64,000 nt of DNA from Deltaproteobacteria bacterium. GTDB lineage: Bacteria > Myxococcota > SpSt-1050 > JACRCP01. This document shows, piece after piece, positions 9,251 to 19,889 of this stretch (its first letter is position 1; each line of letters begins with the position of its first letter). The position numbers were made by a program, and so were the translations under genes. The notes beneath the pieces are model-generated. The model was not told the origin of the DNA. It did no database searches and saw nothing but the letters and a program-made list of their open reading frames with translations. The stretch is taken from NCBI GenBank assembly GCA_016218965.1, contig JACRCP010000150.1:12316-76315 (forward strand), read 5' to 3'.

Positions 9251-10864
9251 ATGCTCGACAAGATTCGCGAAAAGAAGAGCGGGTGGCTAAGCTGGGCCTT
9301 CACGGCGATGATCATCGTCGCGTTCGTCGCATTCTTCGGGCCGGGGAGTTTCAGGAAGACCCGCAAAGGCTGCGGCATCCAGGCATACGCGGCGAAGGTC
9401 AACGGGCGTCCCGTTTCGATCGAGGACTTCAACTTCGCGTACATGTCGCGCAAGCGCGAGATGGCGATGCGCTCGGGCGGCAAGTTCGACCGCAGCATGG
9501 AGAAGGCCCTGGGCCTCAAGCAGATGGTGGCCGACGAGCTCGTGGACCTCGAGCTCCTCGCGCAGACGGCGGCCGCGCTCGGTCTTGCCGTCGCCGAAGA
9601 CGAGGTCAACGACTCGATCATGGACAACCCCTCGTTCCAGAACCAGGGCAAGTTCGACTACCAGCTCTACAACAGGGTCGTCCGCTACCACTTCCAGATC
9701 TCCCCAAAAAAGTTCGAGGAACGCCAGCGGGCGCGCCTTCTCGCCCAGAGGGTGGTCGAGATGCTCCGCGGCGCCGTGAGAATGAGCGACGACGAGATCT
9801 GGGACGACTACGCGCGCAAGAACGACAAGGTCAACCTCCTCTACGTCGCCTTCGACCCGGCGAAGTTCAAGGGCGGGATCAAGGTCACGGACGACGACGT
9901 GAGCCGGGCCGCAAAAGACGACCGGCCCAAGCTCGAAGCGTATTTCAAGGCCCACGAAAAGGAGTACAACAGCCCCAAGAAGGTGCGCGCGCGCCACATC
10001 CTTGTCAAGGTCGGGAAGGACGCCTCGCCGGGCGAGGTCGAAGAGGCAAAAAAGAAGGCCGAGGGGTTCATTGCGCTTGTCAAGGGAGGGGCGTCTTTCG
10101 AGGATCTCGCGAAGTCCGAGTCGGCGGACCCCGGCTCCAAAGACAAGGGCGGGGACCTCGACTGGTTCGAGCGAGGGCGCATGGTGAGGGAGTTCGATGA
10201 GGCCGTCTTCTCGCTCAAGAAGGGCGAGATGACGCAGGCGCCGGTCAAATCGACGTTCGGTTTCCACGTCATCCGCCTAGACGACATCAAGGAGGCCGTG
10301 GACGTCAAGCTCGACGACGTGCAGGGCGAGATCGCGCGAAAGATGACCGAGGAAGAGAGGTCGCAGGCGGCGGCGCGCGAGGCGGCGGAAAAAGTCGTCG
10401 AAACGCTCAAGACGGGGAAAACCCTTTCCGATCTGTTCCCGCCGTGGGTCGAGCCCCAGCCGGCCGAGCCGGGCAAGGAGGCCCTCCAGGAAGACGACAA
10501 GCTGTTCTTCAAGGAGACCGGCCTCTTTGCGAAGACCGGCAACTACGTGCCCCAGATCGGGCAGTCGGCCGAGATCATCGCAGCCGCCTTTGCGCTCACC
10601 CCCGGCAAGCCCTCGGCAGAAAAGCCGTTTGCGGTCGCGGGCAAGCACTTTGTCGTGGCGCTCAAGGAGCGCCAGACCCCCGACCGCGCGAAGTTCGAGC
10701 AGGAAAAGGACACGTTCCGCTCGCAGATCGCCATGTCCAAGCAGGCCGGCATCGTCACTGAATGGATCAAGTCCCTCCGCGAGAAGGCCTCCGTCGAGGT
10801 CAACCATGACCTGGTCTCGTACACCGGCACGCCCGAGCGCGAGCGCATCTACGACGATATGTGA
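9251..10864 (+). CDS. ppiD: Periplasmic chaperone / parvulin-type peptidyl-prolyl isomerase (PpiD/SurA-like).
   Basis: It has an N-terminal TM anchor (WAFTAMIIVAFVAFF) and a parvulin domain (ARHILVKV...GFHVIRLDD). ATG at 9251 with an RBS. Confidence 0.7.
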   Translation: MLDKIREKKSGWLSWAFTAMIIVAFVAFFGPGSFRKTRKGCGIQAYAAKVNGRPVSIEDFNFAYMSRKREMAMRSGGKFDRSMEKALGLKQMVADELVDLELLAQTAAALGLAVAEDEVNDSIMDNPSFQNQGKFDYQLYNRVVRYHFQISPKKFEERQRARLLAQRVVEMLRGAVRMSDDEIWDDYARKNDKVNLLYVAFDPAKFKGGIKVTDDDVSRAAKDDRPKLEAYFKAHEKEYNSPKKVRARHILVKVGKDASPGEVEEAKKKAEGFIALVKGGASFEDLAKSESADPGSKDKGGDLDWFERGRMVREFDEAVFSLKKGEMTQAPVKSTFGFHVIRLDDIKEAVDVKLDDVQGEIARKMTEEERSQAAAREAAEKVVETLKTGKTLSDLFPPWVEPQPAEPGKEALQEDDKLFFKETGLFAKTGNYVPQIGQSAEIIAAAFALTPGKPSAEKPFAVAGKHFVVALKERQTPDRAKFEQEKDTFRSQIAMSKQAGIVTEWIKSLREKASVEVNHDLVSYTGTPERERIYDDM

Positions 10865-10874
10865 CGCCTACCAC

Positions 10875-12248
10875 CTACCGCCTCGTCCGTTTCCGCGGCT
10901 TGAACGCGACCTCGACCGGCACGCCGCAGAACCCAAACGCTTCGCGCAAGGCGTTTACCACGTGGCGGCGGTACGAGAAGTGCACCCCCTCGGGGTGATT
11001 GGCGACAAACGTGAACCGCGGCGGGCGGATGCCGGTCTGGGCCGCGTAGTAGAACTTGACCCGTTTTGAGCGGTAGATCGGCGGCGGGAGATCCTCCTGG
11101 ATGGCGCCGACGACCCTGTTGAGATCGGGCGTGGAGACGCGCCTTGTGTAGCTTGCGAATACGCGCCGGGCTTCCGGGAGTATGGCGTCGGTCCCCTCCC
11201 CCGTCCTGGCCGACAGCACCAGCACCTGCGCGTACGCCAGATACTTTAGCGAATGGCGCAACTCGCCCTCGTAGTGTCGCGCGTCCCGCCACGTCCCGGT
11301 CCTGCGGGCCGCGTCCCACTTGTTCGCAAGCAGGACCATCCCCCTGCCCCTCTCGTGCGCGTGCCCGGCGATGCGGGCGTCCTGCTCGGTCACCGGACCG
11401 GTCGCGTCCAGAACCATGAGCACGACGTCGCACCGGCCGATCGCGTCGAATGCCTGTGACACGCAAAGCTTCTCGACGTCGGCGTCTATCGAACGCCTCC
11501 GGCGAATCCCGGCCGTGTCTATGAGAACGTAGCGGCCGTCCCCGGTTTCAAGGGGCGAGTCGACGGCGTCGCGCGTCGTCCCCGGCACGTCGGTCACCAG
11601 CATGCGCTCGCACCCGAGCAGGCGGTTCACAAGCGTCGACTTCCCCGCATTGGGCCTGCCCACCACGGCGAGACGGATGGGAGCCGCTGTTCGGAGTTCG
11701 GCATTCGGCATTCGGCATTCGGAATCCGGAATTTCGGATCCGGCGTCGGTGCAGGCCGGGAGCGCCGCCCGGATGGCCGCCTTCAGCCCGTCGAACCCGC
11801 GGTTGTGCTCGGCGGATACGGGGATCGGATCGCCCAGGCCCAGCTCGTAGAACTGCGGCAGGTCCGTTTCCTCGACAGCCACATGGTCCATCTTGTTGAC
11901 CGCAAGCACAATCGGTTTTCCGTGCGGCCGGAGCAGCCCGGCTATGGTCGAGTCCTGCGGCGTCACGCCGCCCCTGCCGTCGCAGACGAAGATGAGCACG
12001 GCGCTTTCCCGGATGGCCGATTCGACCTGCGCGGCTACGCCCGAAGTGATGGCGTCTTCATCGCCGGCCAGCCCGCCGGTGTCGCAAAGCTCAATCTCGA
12101 CCCCGCCGACGGTCGCGGCGGCGATCTTCCGGTCGCGGGTCACTCCCGGCTGGTCGTGGACCAGCGCCGCGCGCCTGCCTACGAGCCGGTTGAAAAGCGC
12201 CGATTTGCCGACGTTCGGCCGGCCCACGATTGAAACGAAGTGTGTCAC
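10875..12248 (-). CDS. der: Ribosome-associated GTPase Der/EngA, with two tandem GTPase domains and a KH-like domain.
   Basis: Two G1 motifs (GRPNVGKSALFN and GRPNAGKSTLVN) and DTAG motifs. 457 aa. It probably starts on GTG, overlapping the era stop. Confidence 0.85.
   Translation of the reverse strand: MTHFVSIVGRPNVGKSALFNRLVGRRAALVHDQPGVTRDRKIAAATVGGVEIELCDTGGLAGDEDAITSGVAAQVESAIRESAVLIFVCDGRGGVTPQDSTIAGLLRPHGKPIVLAVNKMDHVAVEETDLPQFYELGLGDPIPVSAEHNRGFDGLKAAIRAALPACTDAGSEIPDSECRMPNAELRTAAPIRLAVVGRPNAGKSTLVNRLLGCERMLVTDVPGTTRDAVDSPLETGDGRYVLIDTAGIRRRRSIDADVEKLCVSQAFDAIGRCDVVLMVLDATGPVTEQDARIAGHAHERGRGMVLLANKWDAARRTGTWRDARHYEGELRHSLKYLAYAQVLVLSARTGEGTDAILPEARRVFASYTRRVSTPDLNRVVGAIQEDLPPPIYRSKRVKFYYAAQTGIRPPRFTFVANHPEGVHFSYRRHVVNALREAFGFCGVPVEVAFKPRKRTRR
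11689..11742. repeat. Heptanucleotide tandem repeat (GCATTCG x3 plus three degenerate units) inside the der GD1-GD2 linker.
   Basis: Positions 11701-11742 read gcattcg gcattcg gcattcg gaatccg gaatttc ggatccg. It encodes the linker ...PDSECRMPNAEL... in frame. Confidence 0.7.
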
Positions 12249-13198
12249 TCCTGCCTGTCGAAGCAGCCGAGTTTCCTCATCTCGCGTTCGTCGCGCGTCC
12301 AGTTCCTTGACACCGCCGCGCGAAGCATCAGGTGGACCCTCGCGCCGAGGAACCGCTCGGCGGCCTGGCGCGCCGAGATGCCGATCGCCTTGAGCATGGC
12401 CCCGCCCTTTCCGATCACGATCCCCCGCTGGGAGTTCTTCTCGACATGTATGGTCGCGTGAATCCTGACGACGCCCTCTTCGCGGCCAGTTTCGTCAAAC
12501 GACTCGACCACGACCGCCGATGAGTACGGGAGTTCTTCGCGAAGATGCCCGAACAACTCGCCGCGGATGATCTCGGACACGAAAAATTTTTCCGGCAGGT
12601 CGCTCCACTGGTCGGCCGGAAAGAGCCTCTCGGCAGCCGGGAGCAGGCTGCGGATGGCCGCATAGAGGTCATCCACCCCGGCGCCGTCCGCGGCCGACAC
12701 CGGGAAGACCTCCTTGAAAAACCCGCGCCGCGACCACGCATCGGTGAGCGGCAGGAGCGGGCCCTTGTCAGAGAGCAGGTCCGCCTTGTTGAGCACGAGC
12801 AACGCAGGCCGCCCCCCGGCCGCGATTGCCTCGGCGGCCGCAAGATCAACGGTGTCCGCCTCGGCCGGGCGCCGGGCGGCCGCGGCCGCGTCCAGAAGGT
12901 AGACCACGATGTCCGCATCGGCGATCGCGGCACGGGCGGTCTTCATGAGGTACGCGTTCATCCCACGCGCGCCGTCGATGACGCCGGGGGTGTCGAGAAA
13001 GATCACCTGCGTATCGGGGTCGTTGCGGATCCCCGTGATCCGGTTCCGCGTCGTCTGCGGCTTGGGCGTGACGATTGCGACCTCCTCGCCCACCAGCCGG
13101 TTGACAAGCGTGGATTTGCCCGCGTTGGGTCGACCCGCGACCGCCACAAACCCGCACTTGAACGCCGATTTCGCTTCTCTGTCTCTGTTCGTCTTCAT
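12245..13198 (-). CDS. era: GTPase Era.
   Basis: 'AGRPNAGKSTLVNRL' G1 motif and a C-terminal KH domain. ATG verified at 13198. 317 aa. Confidence 0.85.
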   Translation of the reverse strand: MKTNRDREAKSAFKCGFVAVAGRPNAGKSTLVNRLVGEEVAIVTPKPQTTRNRITGIRNDPDTQVIFLDTPGVIDGARGMNAYLMKTARAAIADADIVVYLLDAAAAARRPAEADTVDLAAAEAIAAGGRPALLVLNKADLLSDKGPLLPLTDAWSRRGFFKEVFPVSAADGAGVDDLYAAIRSLLPAAERLFPADQWSDLPEKFFVSEIIRGELFGHLREELPYSSAVVVESFDETGREEGVVRIHATIHVEKNSQRGIVIGKGGAMLKAIGISARQAAERFLGARVHLMLRAAVSRNWTRDEREMRKLGCFDRQE

Positions 13199-13257
13199 GG
13201 AACCGTCCCCAAGCCGGACGGCATCCTACCCCACCGGCCTCGCGCGGACAAGCACGG

Positions 13258-15012
13258 TCATGCGTTTGCGGCGGTGGAGGCGGGCACGACGGCGGGGAGG
13301 CGGACGCGGAAGGTCGTGCCCTCGCCTACGCGCGTTTCAAAGGTGATCTCGCCTTGGTGTTCCTTGATGATGCCGTAACTCACCGACAGGCCCAGGCCGG
13401 TGCCCTGACCCTCGGGCTTCGTCGTAAAGAACGGCTCAAAGACTCTCGCGGCGGCCGCCGGCGGGATGCCCGTGCCGTTGTCGGCGATCTCGAAGACCGC
13501 CGCGCCGCCCTCGGCGCGGCACGAAACGTCCACCCGGAACTTGCGCTGCGCCGCGCCGCCGGACTTCAACGCGGCACACGCCTGGCCCGCGTTGAGGATG
13601 AGGTTGAGCGCCACCTGCTGGATCTGGTTGGCGTTTCCCCACGCCTGGAGCGTCCCCGTGTCGTACGACTCGCCAATTTCGACGCCCATGAGCATCAACT
13701 GGTGCCGGACGAGCTTCGCCGCTCCCGCAAGGACCTCGCCAAGGACGATCGGCCCCTTGGCGCTTCGGTCCTGGCGGGAAAACTTCAGGAGGTCGTCGAT
13801 GATCCCCTTGCAGCGGAGGATCTCGCCCTCGACCGTCTTGAGGTACTCGCCCACCTTCCCTTCCCTGCCGGCGACGCGCTGCGAAAGCTGGACATAGCCA
13901 AGCATGCCTGTCAGCGGGTTCTTGATCTCGTGGGCGATCCCGGCGCCGAGCTGTCCGAAGGCGGCGAGTTTTTCAGCCTGCACGAGCCGCACGTTGGCGT
14001 CTTTGAGAGCGTGTTCGCGGGCCCGGAGCTCGGTGGACATGCGGCTCAAGGCTTCGGCAAGGTCCTCCAGTTCGTCGCGGCTCCAAAGGGCTATCTGCTG
14101 ATCGAAGTTGCCCCGCGATATCTCGGCCGCGGCATTCTCGAGCACCGCAATGGACCTCGTCATCCGGGCGGCAATGACCGTCGAAAGAAGGCCGGCGATC
14201 GCAATTGCTATGGCCGCCACGATGGCGAGGTTCCGCTCGAGGTCGCGCACGGCGCCCAGCACCTTCTCCTCGGGGACGGCGGCGGCAACCACCGCGCCGA
14301 ACCCTGGGACGGCCGAGAACGCGCCGATCAACCGCGGGCCCTCGCCGCCCAGGTTGAACGTGCCGCGCCGCACGGCCGCCGGACGCTGCGTCACTCGCCG
14401 CCGAACCGCCTCCCGCGCCCGCTCATCCGAACGGACGGACGGCATGAGGTCGTGCCCGTCGTCACGGAATACCCACACATCGAAAAGGCCGGCCGGTGGA
14501 AGCGCGGCGTCGGCCCAGGCGGCCATGCACGCGCCACGCACTTCGCCCTCGTATGCCGCCGACATGACGAGGAGGTCGCGGCCGTCCGCCGGGCGCCCGA
14601 CGATCGACCTGCCCCGCCTTTCACCGGGCGCCCCGGGCGCGGCACAGACCCTGGCGGCCGCGGCGCCGCCCGCGGTGATCCGCATGATCTCGCCGGTCGG
14701 GCCGGTCACCGAAAGTTCGGACATGTCGGGTGACGCGCTCACCAGCGCGCGCACGAGGTCCTTCTTCTGCTCGGGCCCAAGCGACGCCGACCCGGCGATC
14801 CCCCGCGCCACGTCCAGGACCTTGAAACGCGCGTCGAGATAGTCGGCAATCTTCCGCGCGTGCGATTCGGCCGCCTCGGCCGCCGTCTCGAATGCGTACG
14901 CCTCCTTGTCGCGGATGAGGTACCCCGAACCGAACGCATACGACAACACGACGGCCAGAAGAGCGATCAGAGCCGATGACAGGAAGAACTTGTATCTGAG
15001 CGGGATCTTCAT
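13258..15012 (-). CDS. Sensor histidine kinase (TM, HAMP, HisKA, HATPase_c).
   Basis: H-box '[10 protein letters not shown]' and G-boxes (DNGTGIP, GTGLGLS). The ATG at 15012 overlaps the stop of the upstream gene (ATGA). The ORF track's first start is at 15060. Confidence 0.75.
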   Translation of the reverse strand: MKIPLRYKFFLSSALIALLAVVLSYAFGSGYLIRDKEAYAFETAAEAAESHARKIADYLDARFKVLDVARGIAGSASLGPEQKKDLVRALVSASPDMSELSVTGPTGEIMRITAGGAAAARVCAAPGAPGERRGRSIVGRPADGRDLLVMSAAYEGEVRGACMAAWADAALPPAGLFDVWVFRDDGHDLMPSVRSDERAREAVRRRVTQRPAAVRRGTFNLGGEGPRLIGAFSAVPGFGAVVAAAVPEEKVLGAVRDLERNLAIVAAIAIAIAGLLSTVIAARMTRSIAVLENAAAEISRGNFDQQIALWSRDELEDLAEALSRMSTELRAREHALKDANVRLVQAEKLAAFGQLGAGIAHEIKNPLTGMLGYVQLSQRVAGREGKVGEYLKTVEGEILRCKGIIDDLLKFSRQDRSAKGPIVLGEVLAGAAKLVRHQLMLMGVEIGESYDTGTLQAWGNANQIQQVALNLILNAGQACAALKSGGAAQRKFRVDVSCRAEGGAAVFEIADNGTGIPPAAAARVFEPFFTTKPEGQGTGLGLSVSYGIIKEHQGEITFETRVGEGTTFRVRLPAVVPASTAANA

Positions 15013-16073
15013 TTCCCCAAGGTCTTCCCGATCTCGCCCTCGACCGCCCGGATCTCCCACGAGATCTCGCGCTGAAGCTCTTCGACCGACTTTAGCTCCT
15101 CGATCACGGCGGCGCGTTTCGAAGGGTCACGGATCCCTTCGGCCTGCTTGAGCACCGCCCCAAGGAGCCGGTCCACCTCGGAAAGCGAGGTCCTGATGTC
15201 GCCAAGTTTGGTCCGCAGGACCTTCTCGGCCGCGCCGTCCCTCGCCGCTGCAGCCCGTTCCATTCGCGAGAGCGCATCCATGTTTTTTTTCGAAATCTTC
15301 TCGAGATTGGCCGCGCGTTCCTGGATCGCATCCATCTGGGCCTTCGGGAGCACGGGAGCTTCGGCCTGCTGCACCGCCGCGTGGGGCTTGCGCGGGCGCG
15401 GCTCTTCCTGCGGCTCGGTCCACCGGACGGTGTCGGACGGCCCGGGCGCGGCCACGATCTCGGCCTTGATGACGCGCGGGCCGGCGGCGCCGGACTCCAA
15501 AACGATCGCCTCGCCGGCCGACACGGCGGGGCCGCCCGTACCCTTCGCTGAAACCCGGAACACCAGCAACGAAGACGAACCCTTGACGGGGGCCAGGCGG
15601 GCGGCGCCCTTCCCGTACGTCACGCCGACGCGCGCCCCCGACGGGTCCAGCACCATCCCTGCAAGGTCGCCCTCGAGGAGCGCAATCTCGATCGGCTGCT
15701 CCGCCGCGGGACCCTGCCCGCCCGCGGACTCGCTCAGGACGATGAGGCTCTCCGGCAGAAGGTCAAAGCTCGACCCGTCGCGGAATCTCAACCTGGCCGT
15801 CGCATCGCGGCCGGTCTTGAGCCCGTCGCCGCCAAACAGGCGGTTGCCGACGATGACCTCGGCCCAGCCTATCTCGCCCGACCGCCTGAGAAGACAGGAG
15901 TTCCTCTTGTCGAAGACGTACGAGAGCCACTGCCCTTTGGCGGCAGGCACGGCCCGGTCGCGGGTGCAGGCGGGAAACGCCGCCACGGCGGCGAACACCG
16001 CGGCCGCCGCGCGGAAGGCCGCGGCAGACCGGCGGGGACGACTAACCCGCCACCTCCACCCTGTTCTTTCCAT
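15009..16073 (-). CDS. FecR-domain protein with a C-terminal coiled-coil.
   Basis: It has a signal/TM-like N-terminus, a FecR-like beta region (ATARLRFRDGSSFDLLPESLIVL...) and a C-terminal Ala/Glu-rich coiled coil. ATG at 16073. Its 5' end overlaps the 3' end of the response regulator-GGDEF gene by 32 nt. Confidence 0.45.
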   Translation of the reverse strand: MERTGWRWRVSRPRRSAAAFRAAAAVFAAVAAFPACTRDRAVPAAKGQWLSYVFDKRNSCLLRRSGEIGWAEVIVGNRLFGGDGLKTGRDATARLRFRDGSSFDLLPESLIVLSESAGGQGPAAEQPIEIALLEGDLAGMVLDPSGARVGVTYGKGAARLAPVKGSSSLLVFRVSAKGTGGPAVSAGEAIVLESGAAGPRVIKAEIVAAPGPSDTVRWTEPQEEPRPRKPHAAVQQAEAPVLPKAQMDAIQERAANLEKISKKNMDALSRMERAAAARDGAAEKVLRTKLGDIRTSLSEVDRLLGAVLKQAEGIRDPSKRAAVIEELKSVEELQREISWEIRAVEGEIGKTLGK

Positions 16074-16986
16074 TGCTCTTCGCCTTGTACATCGCCTCGT
16101 CGGCCTTCGCGAACAGCTTCTGGTAGTCGTTGCCGTTGCCCGGAAAGCACGCGACCCCCAGCGACGCGGTGGTCCTCAAGACCGCCCCGTCAAGTTCCAG
16201 CCGGATTGCCTCGATCTGCACGCGCACGCGCCCGGCGAGCGCCACCGCGGCCTCCCGCCCGGCCTCGTCGGCGAATATCAGGAACTCGTCGCCGCCGAAA
16301 CGTGCCACGGTGTCGGTGCGCCGGGTCATGGACCTGATGGCCGAAGCCACCTCCTGGATCATCCTGCTTCCCGCCATGTGCCCGTGGGCGTCGTTGATGG
16401 CCTTGAGGTTGTCGAGGTCCAGGATCACAAACGCAAAAGCCCGGCCGTACCGCGCGCTCCGGTCGATCTCCCTCGCGACGTAGTCGTTCATGTAGCGCAT
16501 GTTGAAGAGGCCGGTGAGGTCGTCGGTGACCGAAAGCTTCTCGAGCTTGCGGTTGGCCATCTCGAGCTCGAGGTTTTTCTGGGTGAGCTGGCGGAGCAGC
16601 TCCTCGTTCTGGAGTTTCAAGCGCACGGTGTCGGCGGCGCGGCGTATCGAGCGCTCGAGCATGTCGAGGTCCGAGAAGGGCTTCAGAATGAAATCGTACG
16701 CACCGAACTTGATGGCCGTCAGCGTGTCCTCGATGTGCGCGTTCCCGGTCATGATGATCACTTCGAAAGCCCCCCCCCGCTCCTTGAACGTGCGAAGGAG
16801 GTCGAAGCCCGACTGGTTGGGCATGTGAATGTCGAGCAGGATGACGTTGGGGTTCGTCGTTTCGAACAGGGCGAGCCCCTCGCGCGGGTCCCCGGCCGAC
16901 GCCACCTTGAACTCCCCGACCGTGGCCATGAAGTCCGAAAGGAAGCTCCGGATGGTCGGCTCGTCATCGATTATCAGGACGTTCAT
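16042..16986 (-). CDS. Response regulator receiver plus GGDEF diguanylate cyclase (PleD-like).
   Basis: Receiver domain (IIDDEP...DIHMPNQSG) and a GGDEF domain with 'RFGGDEF'. ATG verified at 16986. Confidence 0.8.
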   Translation of the reverse strand: MNVLIIDDEPTIRSFLSDFMATVGEFKVASAGDPREGLALFETTNPNVILLDIHMPNQSGFDLLRTFKERGGAFEVIIMTGNAHIEDTLTAIKFGAYDFILKPFSDLDMLERSIRRAADTVRLKLQNEELLRQLTQKNLELEMANRKLEKLSVTDDLTGLFNMRYMNDYVAREIDRSARYGRAFAFVILDLDNLKAINDAHGHMAGSRMIQEVASAIRSMTRRTDTVARFGGDEFLIFADEAGREAAVALAGRVRVQIEAIRLELDGAVLRTTASLGVACFPGNGNDYQKLFAKADEAMYKAKSNGKNRVEVAG

Positions 16987-16998
16987 GCTTTGCGTGCG

Positions 16999-19812
16999 TC
17001 AGCGCCGCCGGCGGAGCGCCGCGAGCGCCGCGCCCAAGACCGCGAGCAAGGCCAAAAGCCCCGCATCGTCCCCGGCGCCCACCGAAGCGCAACCGCAGCC
17101 GTTCGCCTCGACCTCGGAAATCCCGCCGCCGCCCTTGCCCGTCCCCGCCGACGCCGTTCCGGGCGCCCCAAGGTCCTGCGAACCCGCCAGAGGAGCCACA
17201 ATCACGGCAACGGACTCGCGGCCCGATTCGTCGGCGGCCCGGACTTCGACCCCGATTGCGACAGCGTCCGGAGGCAGCGTTTCGCCGTTGCGAATCGCGA
17301 TCCACGCCGCGCCGTTTGCGCGGTACGAAATCGCGATGCGCTCGGGCGGCGTGACGAGGTCGTCGGCCTTGACCGTCACGACGCTGCGCTCGTCGCGATC
17401 GAGCCGGAGCTCGGGCGGCTCGGCGTCGATGATGAAGTTGAGCCGGACGCCGGTCGGGTCGGTCGTTTCGGGCCTCCCCGTCATCCTGGCCCGCACGTCC
17501 AGCCTGTGCCTGCCTTGGAGGACGAGGATCGGATCGGAAACGACAATTTCGGGCCCGCGCTGATACGGCGTCCAGAGTCCCCCGTCGAGCCGGTACGAGT
17601 ATTCAAGCGAAACGTCCCGCGCAACCCGCACCGTGACGCGCGGCAGGACCTGCCGCTTTGACCCCAGGAGCCCGAACGCCTCGATGGGCGGGACCTCGAC
17701 GGATTCGATTGCCGCCTCGGTCGCGACAGGCGGCGGCGGGTTCGGCGTGTCCATGGCGAGATTGGCGTACACGGCAAGGAACTCCTGGTAGCAGCCCGGC
17801 TTGGCCTCGTCAGTGTCGCTGCAGTCCGGCGGATCGGCATACGGCAGCTCGCCGCGGATCGCCATGATCTGGAGCTTGATGCTCTGGAAGCACGAGCCGT
17901 CGGACTTCATGCACTGCTCGTCGTTTGCGTCGCAGGTCGTTCCCGCGGGGCAGTTGGGCTTGGCCGGGTCGCACGACTGGCATATGGGCGGCACGTCGAA
18001 CCCCGACAGGCCTCCGCCCAGGAGCGGGCCAAGGAGCGACCCGATGAGCGCCCCGAACGCCTGTTCGAGCGTCTCCGGGGGCGTCGCCAGCATCTCGGCA
18101 TTCGTGACCTTGGTGTTCTTGATGCCCTTGCCGAGGTCGCCCAGGATGGGGACGATCTGGAGCGTGCCCGGTTCGCCCTCCTTGGGCGCCAGGTCAAGCC
18201 CGACCGGAAGTTCGACGTCCGCGGTCAGCGTGAAGATTCGCGTGAACCGGTCGAAGGCCATCACGTAAAAATCTATCGAGAGCTGGTTGAGCTGAACAAG
18301 CAGGAGGGGTTTCACCATCAGCATCTTGCCCGAACCGTCGTCCTTGAGCGTCCCCGCGCCGATCTTGACGATGGGGGCCTGGGTGGGCCGAAGCGACAGG
18401 AGCACGGGTCTGCTCTTCTCCTCGGTGAGCTTCTTGATCTCCGGGAGCAGCGCGGCGAGCACACCCGAGTTGAGCATGTCAATCGACGATGTGCCGATGT
18501 TGATGCACAGCACCCCGGCGTTGAACGCGGCCCACAGGACCTTTTGGATGAAGAACTCGTGGACCCCGATGCCGGCCATGAAGTCCACCTCGGGGCACGT
18601 CCCGTCGGCCTTCTTGCACACCTTGAACGCCGGGTCGCAGGCCGCGTCGGGCGGGCACGACGGGGCGGCCGGGTCGCACTTGGCGCAGACAAACGCCTTG
18701 TTGAGCGGGGCGCTGGTGCCGGCGCCGAACTCCAGATCGGGGATGCCGGCCTGCGGCGGATCGGGCGGGGTGGTCTGCGGCACGCAGAGGTTCTGCTCGC
18801 TGGTCGCCCCGGCCATGAGCCGCACCGTGAGCCCGTTGCTCTTGACGTACTCGGGGTTGGTTCCCCCCGTCACGAGGGACATGTCGAGCTTGGCCTGGAG
18901 CCCGGGCGCAAAGTCGGCAAGCAGCGAAGCCGCGTCGATCCGCCCCTCCATGCCGAGCGGCGCCGGCACGCACTGGCCCCCCACCTTGCACGCCTGGTCG
19001 GCCGGGTCGCAGGCCGCCCCGGCGTTCACGGGACATTCGTTCCCCACGGGGCACGGCTGGCACTTCATGTCCTTGAGGGCGTCGTCGATCATTTCCTTCA
19101 GGTTGAACTGGCTCATCATCTGGTCGACAATGATGCCCTTGATGAAACCGATATTGGCGATCGAGCAGAGCACGCCGCCCTTGATGTCGAAGTCGGTATC
19201 GGGGTCTATCTCGAACACCGGCTCGGCAACGTCAAACGTCATTCGCTTCGTCGGGACGTCGTTCCGGAACGTGACCGAGGTCGTCACCGGCTTGTCTTTG
19301 ACGTCGAGGGTCACGTCGCACTTGTTGTCAAGGATGATTTTGATGTTGATCTTGATCTTGCCCTTGAGGTTTAGGAACGCCTTCACGTCGAGCTTGTCGG
19401 GCGAGACCGGCGTGAGATCCATCCCCTGAAGATCGGCGCACAGGCAGCAGTCGGCCACGGGGTTCATCGGCGGGTCGCCGGTGCACTTGGGGTTCACGTT
19501 GTCGTTGCACGGGTTCCCGGTACACACATAGGCCGTCCCAACAGTGATGCTGCTCTCGCTCTCGGGGATCCCGAACGCCAGCCCCTCGGGCATGAAAGAC
19601 GCGAGGATGGACTTCAGGTTGCCCTCGAGAAATGTTATGGCGCTCGACCCGAGGCGCGCCTGCGCGGCGTTCTCGGTGGTCGGTTCCTGGTACCCTCCCG
19701 GGATCGTCTCCATGCAACTGCACCCGCTGCACCCCCCGCCGCAGCGCATCATGATGAGCGACAGGGTGATCCCTATTAGGACGAGCGTCAGCCTCTTGTT
19801 CCCGACTTTCAT
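16999..19812 (-). CDS. Large secreted Cys-pair-rich protein with a MYXO-CTERM-like C-terminal sorting tail.
   Basis: ATG at 19812 with a GGAGGG RBS. It has a signal peptide (LTLVLIGITLSLIMM). The C-terminus '...GCGCASVGAGDDAGLLALLAVLGAALAALRRRR' is GC/Cys, then a hydrophobic helix, then an Arg tail. Confidence 0.55.
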   Translation of the reverse strand: MKVGNKRLTLVLIGITLSLIMMRCGGGCSGCSCMETIPGGYQEPTTENAAQARLGSSAITFLEGNLKSILASFMPEGLAFGIPESESSITVGTAYVCTGNPCNDNVNPKCTGDPPMNPVADCCLCADLQGMDLTPVSPDKLDVKAFLNLKGKIKINIKIILDNKCDVTLDVKDKPVTTSVTFRNDVPTKRMTFDVAEPVFEIDPDTDFDIKGGVLCSIANIGFIKGIIVDQMMSQFNLKEMIDDALKDMKCQPCPVGNECPVNAGAACDPADQACKVGGQCVPAPLGMEGRIDAASLLADFAPGLQAKLDMSLVTGGTNPEYVKSNGLTVRLMAGATSEQNLCVPQTTPPDPPQAGIPDLEFGAGTSAPLNKAFVCAKCDPAAPSCPPDAACDPAFKVCKKADGTCPEVDFMAGIGVHEFFIQKVLWAAFNAGVLCINIGTSSIDMLNSGVLAALLPEIKKLTEEKSRPVLLSLRPTQAPIVKIGAGTLKDDGSGKMLMVKPLLLVQLNQLSIDFYVMAFDRFTRIFTLTADVELPVGLDLAPKEGEPGTLQIVPILGDLGKGIKNTKVTNAEMLATPPETLEQAFGALIGSLLGPLLGGGLSGFDVPPICQSCDPAKPNCPAGTTCDANDEQCMKSDGSCFQSIKLQIMAIRGELPYADPPDCSDTDEAKPGCYQEFLAVYANLAMDTPNPPPPVATEAAIESVEVPPIEAFGLLGSKRQVLPRVTVRVARDVSLEYSYRLDGGLWTPYQRGPEIVVSDPILVLQGRHRLDVRARMTGRPETTDPTGVRLNFIIDAEPPELRLDRDERSVVTVKADDLVTPPERIAISYRANGAAWIAIRNGETLPPDAVAIGVEVRAADESGRESVAVIVAPLAGSQDLGAPGTASAGTGKGGGGISEVEANGCGCASVGAGDDAGLLALLAVLGAALAALRRRR

Positions 19813-19889
19813 GGCAAATCCCTCCGACTGGAGAACCGGTCGCCGAACTTTCCTTGATTGTAACAAAAATGGGCAAATGGATACAACAA

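Noticed and set aside
9283-10267. 305-aa plus-strand and 326-aa minus-strand ORFs overlapping ppiD.
   Set aside because: Off-frame GC artefacts. The ppiD frame has a parvulin domain and a TM anchor.
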